This document shows positions 1 through 7,830 of a DNA stretch of 29,147 nt, in pieces (the first letter of the stretch is position 1; the number at the start of each line of letters is the position of its first letter). The position numbers and the translations under genes are program-made. This stretch comes from a virus (lineage: Duplodnaviria > Caudoviricetes). The DNA is taken from positions 1 to 29,147 of IMG/VR virus record IMGVR_UViG_3300042940_001342. One strand, written 5' to 3'. Under the pieces are notes generated by a model, which saw only the letters and a program-made list of their open reading frames with translations, had not been told where the DNA came from and made no database searches.

Positions 1-4
1 GTCG

Positions 5-676
5 ATGGATTCGAAGGTGGAACTGCGCGACCGGGCGCGAGCCACACCCCACAGGGCGCTGAACGATCGCGAGCAGCTGCAAATCATGCTCGCACGGTCC
101 CTCAGGCCCGACCGGGCCGCGCTGGCGGCTGCGGCCCTGGTCCAGAGGTTCGGGTCGGTGGGCGCGACCATTGCCGGCGACATGCACGAAATCGCCCGCC
201 TCAACGTCGACGGCAAGCCGTTGGGCATGGACGTGGCTGAAGACTTGCGGCTGTTCCAGAACATCGCCGAGCGCGTGGCGCAGGAAAGGGCCTTCCCGAA
301 AACCGTCCTGTCCAGCTGGTCGGCCGTGCAGGCGTACCTCAAGCTGGTGATGCAGCATGAGCCGCGCGAGCACTTCCGGGTGATTTTTCTCGACAAGAAA
401 AATCAGCTGCTGGCCGATGAAATTCAGAATTACGGCACCGTCGATCATGCGCCGGTCTATCCTCGCGAGGTCGTCCGTCGGGGCCTGGAACTGAACGCCT
501 CCGCCATCATCATCGCCCACAATCACCCCAGCGGCGACCCGACCCCCTCGGCCGCCGACATCGACATGACGAGACAGGTCGTCGACGCCTGTCGAACCCT
601 GCGCATCGCGGTCCACGATCACATGGTCGTCGGCAGGGAAGGCGTTTCCAGTTTCAAATCCCTCGGGCTCATGTAA
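5..676 (+). CDS. radC: RadC family JAB/MPN-domain protein (frame is open to the window edge, so the start may lie upstream)
   Basis: REHFRVIFLDKKN, GTVDHAPVYPREV, AHNHPSGDPTPSAADIDMT and HDH match the RadC HxHPSG..PS..D metal motif. Confidence 0.9.
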   Translation: MDSKVELRDRARATPHRALNDREQLQIMLARSLRPDRAALAAAALVQRFGSVGATIAGDMHEIARLNVDGKPLGMDVAEDLRLFQNIAERVAQERAFPKTVLSSWSAVQAYLKLVMQHEPREHFRVIFLDKKNQLLADEIQNYGTVDHAPVYPREVVRRGLELNASAIIIAHNHPSGDPTPSAADIDMTRQVVDACRTLRIAVHDHMVVGREGVSSFKSLGLM

Positions 677-687
677 GGTCGCCGACC

Positions 688-1296
688 ATGGAAGACACAA
701 CCCCCTTCGAAGCCCCCCGGCCGGCCCGCTCGGTTCTCAAGTCCGCCCGCCAGCTGGTCGCCGACATGCGCGAGATTGTCGAGAACCTGCCTGTCGGCGA
801 TGACGGACGGGTCGCGATGCAGCATGCCGAGGCGGCCCTAGACGCCGCTGAGCGCCACGTCAGCCGGTTTGTGCCACCGATGCCGGCCGCGCCGGCTGGG
901 GCGCCGGTCATGCTCTTCAAGGGCCATGTCGACGGCTACGTCCGCAACGGGCATCAGGTGTCCGGCTACGAAAAGGCCAAGGACGCCATCGCCCCGGCCC
1001 ATCCCGGCCTGCACGACACGCTCACCAAACACGGCGCTACCGTAAATCAGCAAATGGGCGCTGCTCACGTCGAGACCGGCTACCATTTGCACAACCATTC
1101 GACCGCCGACCTTCACGCGCACCTTGAGGGCCACGGCCTAAAGATGGTGACCCGAGGCAACAGCGGTCATCCGATTCCTCCGCATGAGCTCTACAAGCAA
1201 GAGAACGGCTACGCCGGGAACACCACCGCGACTGTTCATCACCGAAACGGCAAGCCGTTTTACATGACGGTCCGCAACAACCGCTCAAGCGACTAG
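688..1296 (+). CDS. Hypothetical protein, possibly head-packaged; His-rich C-terminal part
   Basis: 202-aa ORF co-oriented with neighbours; AAGG upstream; helical N-terminus, Pro/Ala linker, then VMLFKGHVDGYVRNG. Confidence 0.7.
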   Translation: MEDTTPFEAPRPARSVLKSARQLVADMREIVENLPVGDDGRVAMQHAEAALDAAERHVSRFVPPMPAAPAGAPVMLFKGHVDGYVRNGHQVSGYEKAKDAIAPAHPGLHDTLTKHGATVNQQMGAAHVETGYHLHNHSTADLHAHLEGHGLKMVTRGNSGHPIPPHELYKQENGYAGNTTATVHHRNGKPFYMTVRNNRSSD

Positions 1297-1317
1297 GGCT
1301 CCCTCCCCAATGGGGCA

Positions 1318-1338
1318 TCGTGACGACCATGCTGCGGC
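1318..1338 (+). promoter_or_regulatory. TCGTGAC late-promoter-like motif, copy 1
   Basis: TCGTGAC (1318-1324) + GACCATGCTGCGGC + ATG at 1339; 14-nt spacing. The CAnnnT hexamer (CATGCT) is shifted by 1 nt relative to the other copies. Confidence 0.7.
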
Positions 1339-1440
1339 ATGGCGTATGCGATCGCGTTCGGTGCTGGCGTTGTTGTTGGCGCCGTCGGCATGATCGTGCT
1401 GGCCATCGTGGTGTGGCGACGTTTCGTCATAGGCGGGTGA
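1339..1440 (+). CDS. 33-aa single-transmembrane microprotein (absent from the ORF track)
   Basis: MAYAIAFGAGVVVGAVGMIVLAIVVWRRFVIGG*: hydrophobic span followed by WRR; starts 14 nt after the motif and stops directly before the next motif copy. Confidence 0.7.
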   Translation: MAYAIAFGAGVVVGAVGMIVLAIVVWRRFVIGG

Positions 1441-1461
1441 TCGTGACGATACCGTAGGCTG
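1441..1461 (+). promoter_or_regulatory. TCGTGAC late-promoter-like motif, copy 2
   Basis: TCGTGAC-GA-TACCGT-AGGCTG; ATG at 1486, so this copy would give a leader of about 24 nt. Confidence 0.65.
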
Positions 1462-1485
1462 GCTTCTCAACAATCGGGCCGGTCC

Positions 1486-4400
1486 ATGCTGATTCTGCTG
1501 CTCAAGGCCCAACCTGGCCTGTTCGACAAGGTCGTCAACGTCGCGGGGTCGGTGGCGATCGACGGCACGGTGCGCAAGCCGCACACCGCCATCCGGCACG
1601 TCCGCCCGGTCGCGCCGCCGGCGCCGAAGCATCCCGCGAAGCATCCCGAGACGGCCGACCTGTTCGGCGACCTGCCAGTGGCGACCAAGCCCAAGCCGGC
1701 GCCGAAGCGCGATGAGCAGACGCTCGACCTGTTCGCCGATCGGCCCGAGCCGGCCAAGGCGCCGGAACCTGAGAAGCCGGCGGCGGCCAAGCCCGACATT
1801 TTCGCGGAATCCAAGGCGAAGCGCGAGGCCAACAGCAAGCGTGCCGCTGACCTGGCGGCCAACGGACAACCGGTCAAGCTGCGCCACAGGGACGGACGCA
1901 CGGCGATGGCTGGGCCCGACGTCTCAAAGCCGGGCTCCTTCAGGGTCACACGGTTCGATGATGATGGCCCTATTGGCCATGTCGAGCACGCTTCACTACT
2001 GGAGGCTATCTCCGATGCCCTCGGACAGGGGTTTGAGCCGGTCGCCACGGCAGAGAAGCCCCCGGCCCCCGCGCTCGCCGCCAAGGTCGACTACGCCAAG
2101 CCGTTCGACCCCGAGGCTGTGCCGACGTTCGGCGTGCCGGCTGGCATCTCCAAGGACGAGCGCCGCCGGCTGAACGCTGACGGGGCCCTGATCGCGCAGC
2201 GCGGTGGCCAGATGAGCCCGGCCGATCTGGCGACCATCCGCCAGTACAGCGGCAACGGTGGCTGCGGCGACAGCCTGAACGAATTCTACACCGACCCCAA
2301 GGTGGCGGCCGGCATGTGGTACGCGCTCGGCGCCCTCGGCGTGGGCCCCGGCGCCAAGGTGCTGGAACCCAGCTGCGCGACCGGCGTGTTCATGGAGACC
2401 GCCCCGGCCGGCGTCACCGTCACCGGCGTCGAGCTCGACGGCGTCTCGGCGGCGATCGCCGAAAAGCTGCACCCCGGCCATGAGGTGCTGACCAACAGCC
2501 TGGAGGGCTTCGCGGTCACCGACACCCGCCAGTTTGATGCGGTGATCGGCAACGCCCCGTTCGGCCTGCGCGGCAAACTGCTGTCTCAGGACAAGCCCGA
2601 CATGAAGACGGCAGAGGCCTACTTCATGGATACCTCGCTGGATAAGCTGCGCCCCGGCGGCGTGGTGGCCATGATCGTGCCGACCGGCCTGCTGGACTCC
2701 AAGCGCGACCGCAAGGTGCGGGTGAACCTGCTGCGCAAGGGCGAATTCCTCGGCGCCATGCGCATGCCGAACACGGCGTTCGAACACAGCCACACCGGCG
2801 TCACCTCCGACGTCGTGTTCTTCCGCAAGCGTGAGCAGGATGTGGCCGGCGCCCTCAGCGCGGTCGACGAGAAGACCCTTCGGGCGCTGGGGGTCTGGGA
2901 CGACGAATTCGTCTCGGGCGCCTACTACAGCGAACGCGGCGCCGCCAACGTGCTGGGCACGATGACGGAGGGCTGGCGCGCCAAGGCCGGCATGGGCGAC
3001 GACATCACGGTCGAGGGCTCCATGGTCGGCGTCCCTGAGGCGATCGCCGATTTCAAGGCTGAGGAGCCGACCACGCCGGCGCCGCTGAACGTGCAAGCAA
3101 TCCTTGACGCTTGCCCCGATGAGGACACCCGCGAGAAGGTGCGCCGCGGCGCGCTGCGCCAGCCCTACGACAACGCCAAGCGCGGCGCGATCAAGACCAT
3201 GGATGGGGTGCAGTACATCCTTGAGGGTCAGCCGCTGCGTTGGCACCGCATCGACGACTACATGGCGTCCAAGGCCGTCTCCGACGCCGCCGACCTGGCC
3301 GGCGAGATTGAGAAGGCCATGGCCGACGACGGCTATGCGGAGGCCTCGGGGCTGGCCGCGAAGGTCAAGGCCTACGTCGAGGCGCACGGCGTGCCGGCGA
3401 AGAACCACGACCTGATGATTGCGGCCAACCGCGACAAGTCGATCTTCCGCCTGATCGGCGCCGTCAAGCCGGACGGATCCCTGTCCGACGCGGTCACCGG
3501 CCGCAAGGCCGCCGTGATGGAGGCCAGTTTCGACGCGGCCGCGACCACCCTGGCCATGGAGATGGGCCACTTCACGCCCGCGCAGCTGGCCGGCCGCTGG
3601 CATGGCGGCGATGCCGACGCCGCGCTCGACCACCTGTATGCCAGCCACGACTACGCCCTGGATCCCGCGAGCGGCATGTGGACCTCGCGCGACCAGTACC
3701 TGAGCGGCGAGCTCTGGCCGAAATACGATGAGGTCAAGGCGGCCGTCGACTCCGGTGAAGGCAGGCCTGAGGACCGGGCGAAATACGAGCGCCAGCTGGC
3801 CGACCTGGAAGCGACGATCGCGCCCAAGTCGCTGGAAGACGTCGAGGTGATGCTCAACTCGGCGTTCCTGCCGCTGAACGTGGTCGCCGGCTTCTTCAAC
3901 AAAGACGAGAAGGCCTTCACCGGCCAGTACGCGCCGTCGAAGATGCAGGTGACGTTCGACAGCGGCGTCTACGCCGTGCGGGGCGGCCCGTGGGGTAGCC
4001 AGCTGCTGGAGAAGTACCTCAACCGCACCGGCGTGCGGAAAGAGGAAGACCTGCCGACCATCGAGCGCTGGAACCGCGAATTCAAGGAGTGGCTGCTGAC
4101 CTCGGAATTCCGAGACGAGGTCGAGGAGCTCTATAACCGCAAGTTCCGCGGCTTCCGCCAGCGCGAGTACCCGAACACGCCATTCGACATCCCCGGCCTC
4201 TCCGCCGACGGACTGAAGGACTATCAGTATGGCGGCCTGCGCTGGGCGCTGGAAGCCGGCAAGGGCATCATCGCCGCCGACGTCGGCCTTGGCAAAACGG
4301 CTCGCGGCCTCATCCTGGCGCGCATGGCGAAGGTCACCGGCCGGGCGAAGAAGCCCATGATCTGCGTCCCCAAGTCGGTGTTGGCCAATTGGGTGGCAGA

Positions 4401-7400
4401 GGCTGAGAAGTGGTTCCCCGGCTGCTCGGTCATGACGATCGGCGAGACCTACACCCGCGACAAGAACGGCGAACTCAAGGGCAAGGAGGACTCGGCCGCC
4501 GACCGGAACCGCAAACTGCACGACCTGACCCAGAACGATTACGACTTCGTCCTGATCAGTCAGCCGGCCTGGAACGACCTCGACCTCGATCCCGAGATGA
4601 AGGAGCGCTACATCAAGGATGACTTCTGGGTGCAGCGCGGTGAGGCCCTCGGCAACGCTGGCGACAAGCGCCGCAACGCCATTAAGGAGGCCTACGAGCA
4701 ATCGATCGCCGGGCGTGAATTCCAGAAGCGGACCGACGCGATCTACTTCAACAACCTCGGCGTCGACATGCTGATCGCCGACGAGATGCACGCCTACAAG
4801 AACCTGTTCGCCGCCCGCAACCGGTTCGGCCAAGCGCCGAAGTTCCTCGGTGGCACCGGCCTGTCCAACCGCGCGCTCGACATGCAGATGAAAACCCGCT
4901 GGCTGCGTGAGCAGAACGGTGGGATGAACATTTACGGCCTGACCGCCACGCCGACCAAGAACAGCCCACTGGAGGTGTACTCCATGCTGTCGCACATCGC
5001 GCCTGAGGCCTTTGAGGCGATCGGGGTGCGCAACAGTGAGGAATTCCTTGATCGCTTCTGCGAGTTCAAGAACGAAAACATCCTGACCACCGGCGGCAAG
5101 ATCGAAGAGGCCCTGGTCACGGCCGGCTTCAAGAACCTCGACGAGCTGCGCGAAATCATGCGCCGCTACATCGACCGCAAGACTGCGGAGGACGTCGGCC
5201 TGAAACTGCCCAAGCGCGACGATCGCCAGCACCTAGTCGACATGTCGGCTGAGCAACAAACGGTCTACCAGCACCTTCGCGAGCAGGCGGAACTGTCGAA
5301 GTCCAAGGACGGGCCCCACATCTTCTCGGTCATGGATCAGATGTCCAAGGCCGCCATGGACCTTGAGCTCTACGACCCGGTGAAATACGCCGGGGCTCAC
5401 AGCCCGAAGATCGCGGCGGCCGTCGGCAACATCATCAGCGGCGCCGCCGAGGGTGGCCAGGTGGTGTTCGCCGACTCCATCGCCGTGCACGACAAGATCG
5501 TGAACGCGCTGGTCGCCGGCGGCATGCCGCGCGACCAGATCGGCGTGATCAATGCGCAGGTCGCCGCCTCGTCGTCCAAGCGCCAGAAGATCAGCGACGA
5601 CTTCAACGCCGGCAAACTGAAGGTGGTCATCGGCAACACGGCGACCATGGGCGAGGGTATCAACCTTCAGAAGGGCACGACGGACATTCACCACCTGGAC
5701 CTCCCCTGGGAGCCGGCATCGCTGCAACAGCGCAATGGCCGCGGCCTGAGGCAGGGCAATACCAGCGAGGCGGTGCGCATCCATAGCTACATCGCCAAGG
5801 GCTCGTTCGACGGCTATCGCTACCAGACCATCGCCTCGAAAAAGGACTGGCAAGACCTGCTGTGGAACGGCGGCGATCGCATCGAGAACCTCGCCCGCGA
5901 AGGCGCCTTGAGCCGCGACGACCTCATGGTGATGCTGGCGGCCGACCCTGAGGCGGCCCGCGCCTCGCTGGAAACCAACAAGGAACTGGCCAAGGCCAAA
6001 TTCGAGGCCAGCCGAACCTCGGCGGCGGCGGAGACCTTCGGGCGCTACCAGTCGATGACGGCCAGCCTGCGGGCGCTCAAGAACAAGGATTCGACGGCGG
6101 CGCGCCGCCTGTCCGTGCAGACCGAGCGCATGCGCACCGCCCTTGAGGCCGACCCTTATTTCAAGGCCAAGGGCGCGCTGGACGGGTCCAAGCCGACCCT
6201 GCTGCACCCCGAGACCGGCGAAGACTATTCCGAGGGCACGGCGTTTGAGTTGACCGGCGAAAGCGCGGTCCATGGTGGCGGCAAGTTCGTCGTCACCGGC
6301 GTCGTGCAGGATGCGACCATGGGCCCCTCGCTGCGCGTTCGCCGCTACGGCGCACCGGACAACGGCAACATGCGGATGGCGCTGAAAGAACTCGGCGCCG
6401 GCGCGGCCAAATTCGACTACAGCGAAGCGCAGGAGAAGGCTGACGCTGCTGAGGCCTTCGCGGCGCATGCCGATGAGAAGATGGCCAACCTGAAAAACTA
6501 CGCTGGCCTGCGTGAATTGCCGGAATCGGTCATCGCGGCGAACCACGACCGGCTGCAGGCGTCACTCAAGCCCAAGGCGAAGGATTACCATTTCGACACC
6601 GGCTCTTATGCCGACGTCGGTCTGATCGCGCCGGACGGGTCGGTCAAGGCGGTGAAGCGATACGATGCGAAGACCCACCTCGACACCCACGACCTGATGC
6701 TGCCAACGGCCGCGCACCGCAAGCTGGCGACCGAGGCCTACATCGCCGATGAGCAGGCCAAGCGCTACGAGACGGTCTACAGTACCAGCCGCCGCGGCTC
6801 ATCGTCGTCTCAGGCCCTGCGCTACCCCGGTGGCTACGACCAGGGGAGCAACCGCTGGGGATCGATCGGCAACGAGGTGTTCGGGCGCGACTTCAAACAG
6901 GAGGCGCACGCCGAATTCGAGAAGCGCCAGCTGGAAGCGGCCCGCCGGGCGCCGACCTATGCCGAGGCGGTCAAACTGGCGGACAAGACCGTTGGGGGCT
7001 ACCTCGGCTACAGCAAGAGCCTGCCCAAGCGGGCGCTGGCCGTCCTGTTCGCCCGGGCCAAGCGCGAGGGCATCATCGACCAGAAGCCAACGGTCCAGCC
7101 GGCCGGCATGGGTGGCGGCGACACCGTGCGCGGCCAACTGATCAACGCGGCCAAGCAGGACAAGCACCATGACCTGGCGGCGGCGATGGCACTGGACGGG
7201 GTGACCGATCCGGCGGCGGCGGCCCGTGACCTGCTGGGCCTGCCGATCGAAGCCATGAAGCCGGCGCTGACGCACCTGATCGCCAAGTTCCCCGAGGTGG
7301 CGGAGCGCAAGGCCGGCGATCTGGCCAGCATCCACGCTGAGCGCCGGCCGTACACCTTTGGCGGCACGCCGACGCCGGCACACCCGCTGCACGCCAAGTT

Positions 7401-7476
7401 CGGGCCCGACGCTCACAGCATGACCCTCAACGACCTGGTCGCCAACCTGGCGATGGAGACGCGCGATGCTGCGTAA
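1486..7476 (+). CDS. DarB-like N6-adenine methyltransferase / SNF2-type helicase fusion, 1996 aa
   Basis: MTase motif I VLEPSCATG (from 2359) and motif IV NAPF (2551-2562); helicase Walker A DVGLGKT (4279-4299), DEMH (4780-4791), TATP, GEGINLQ, QRNGRGLRQGN. Confidence 0.88.
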   Translation: MLILLLKAQPGLFDKVVNVAGSVAIDGTVRKPHTAIRHVRPVAPPAPKHPAKHPETADLFGDLPVATKPKPAPKRDEQTLDLFADRPEPAKAPEPEKPAAAKPDIFAESKAKREANSKRAADLAANGQPVKLRHRDGRTAMAGPDVSKPGSFRVTRFDDDGPIGHVEHASLLEAISDALGQGFEPVATAEKPPAPALAAKVDYAKPFDPEAVPTFGVPAGISKDERRRLNADGALIAQRGGQMSPADLATIRQYSGNGGCGDSLNEFYTDPKVAAGMWYALGALGVGPGAKVLEPSCATGVFMETAPAGVTVTGVELDGVSAAIAEKLHPGHEVLTNSLEGFAVTDTRQFDAVIGNAPFGLRGKLLSQDKPDMKTAEAYFMDTSLDKLRPGGVVAMIVPTGLLDSKRDRKVRVNLLRKGEFLGAMRMPNTAFEHSHTGVTSDVVFFRKREQDVAGALSAVDEKTLRALGVWDDEFVSGAYYSERGAANVLGTMTEGWRAKAGMGDDITVEGSMVGVPEAIADFKAEEPTTPAPLNVQAILDACPDEDTREKVRRGALRQPYDNAKRGAIKTMDGVQYILEGQPLRWHRIDDYMASKAVSDAADLAGEIEKAMADDGYAEASGLAAKVKAYVEAHGVPAKNHDLMIAANRDKSIFRLIGAVKPDGSLSDAVTGRKAAVMEASFDAAATTLAMEMGHFTPAQLAGRWHGGDADAALDHLYASHDYALDPASGMWTSRDQYLSGELWPKYDEVKAAVDSGEGRPEDRAKYERQLADLEATIAPKSLEDVEVMLNSAFLPLNVVAGFFNKDEKAFTGQYAPSKMQVTFDSGVYAVRGGPWGSQLLEKYLNRTGVRKEEDLPTIERWNREFKEWLLTSEFRDEVEELYNRKFRGFRQREYPNTPFDIPGLSADGLKDYQYGGLRWALEAGKGIIAADVGLGKTARGLILARMAKVTGRAKKPMICVPKSVLANWVAEAEKWFPGCSVMTIGETYTRDKNGELKGKEDSAADRNRKLHDLTQNDYDFVLISQPAWNDLDLDPEMKERYIKDDFWVQRGEALGNAGDKRRNAIKEAYEQSIAGREFQKRTDAIYFNNLGVDMLIADEMHAYKNLFAARNRFGQAPKFLGGTGLSNRALDMQMKTRWLREQNGGMNIYGLTATPTKNSPLEVYSMLSHIAPEAFEAIGVRNSEEFLDRFCEFKNENILTTGGKIEEALVTAGFKNLDELREIMRRYIDRKTAEDVGLKLPKRDDRQHLVDMSAEQQTVYQHLREQAELSKSKDGPHIFSVMDQMSKAAMDLELYDPVKYAGAHSPKIAAAVGNIISGAAEGGQVVFADSIAVHDKIVNALVAGGMPRDQIGVINAQVAASSSKRQKISDDFNAGKLKVVIGNTATMGEGINLQKGTTDIHHLDLPWEPASLQQRNGRGLRQGNTSEAVRIHSYIAKGSFDGYRYQTIASKKDWQDLLWNGGDRIENLAREGALSRDDLMVMLAADPEAARASLETNKELAKAKFEASRTSAAAETFGRYQSMTASLRALKNKDSTAARRLSVQTERMRTALEADPYFKAKGALDGSKPTLLHPETGEDYSEGTAFELTGESAVHGGGKFVVTGVVQDATMGPSLRVRRYGAPDNGNMRMALKELGAGAAKFDYSEAQEKADAAEAFAAHADEKMANLKNYAGLRELPESVIAANHDRLQASLKPKAKDYHFDTGSYADVGLIAPDGSVKAVKRYDAKTHLDTHDLMLPTAAHRKLATEAYIADEQAKRYETVYSTSRRGSSSSQALRYPGGYDQGSNRWGSIGNEVFGRDFKQEAHAEFEKRQLEAARRAPTYAEAVKLADKTVGGYLGYSKSLPKRALAVLFARAKREGIIDQKPTVQPAGMGGGDTVRGQLINAAKQDKHHDLAAAMALDGVTDPAAAARDLLGLPIEAMKPALTHLIAKFPEVAERKAGDLASIHAERRPYTFGGTPTPAHPLHAKFGPDAHSMTLNDLVANLAMETRDAA

Positions 7477-7804
7477 CGACGCGATAAACCCCGAGGCCTT
7501 CGTTGTCAGCGTCCGCGCCCTGCTGGATGAAGACCCGCGGCGCTACCGGAACTTCGGCATCTGGTGGTTCATGATCAAGAACCTGCTGCGCCGGTTTTAC
7601 GACCGCCATGAGATGCCCCAGCTGGGCACATTCGTCGACACCACCGTCATCGACCGTATGCCGTGGGTTCAAGGCCTGAATGAGGGCCTGTTGCTGGCGG
7701 CGGAGACCTACCAGCACAACGCCACCTTCAACCCCTGCAACAATGAGCAGGAGGATGACGAGGGCCAGCATTTCACCCTGCTGGATCCCGACATCGAAGG
7801 CTGA
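7466..7804 (+). CDS. Hypothetical 112-aa protein overlapping the end of the DarB-like gene
   Basis: GGAG upstream of ATG; 11-nt overlap with the upstream gene; fills the gap up to the next motif copy. Confidence 0.75.
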   Translation: MLRNDAINPEAFVVSVRALLDEDPRRYRNFGIWWFMIKNLLRRFYDRHEMPQLGTFVDTTVIDRMPWVQGLNEGLLLAAETYQHNATFNPCNNEQEDDEGQHFTLLDPDIEG

Positions 7805-7809
7805 GCCTG

Positions 7810-7830
7810 TCGTGACCGCATGATGGGGCC
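7810..7830 (+). promoter_or_regulatory. TCGTGAC late-promoter-like motif, copy 3
   Basis: TCGTGAC-CG-CATGAT-GGGGCC-GTG (7831). Confidence 0.75.

Noticed and set aside
1486-1509. MLILLLKA as a secretion signal peptide
   Set aside because: The hydrophobic run is too short, there is no basic n-region, and the cargo is a DNA enzyme; the K-A motif fits better.
1996-5232. 1078-aa minus-strand ORF, and similar long antisense ORFs at 5233-6546, 7708-9135, 15775-17319, 21137-23716 and 24054-26429
   Set aside because: Antisense shadows of high-GC genes; no recognisable motifs, and they fully overlap well-supported plus-strand genes.
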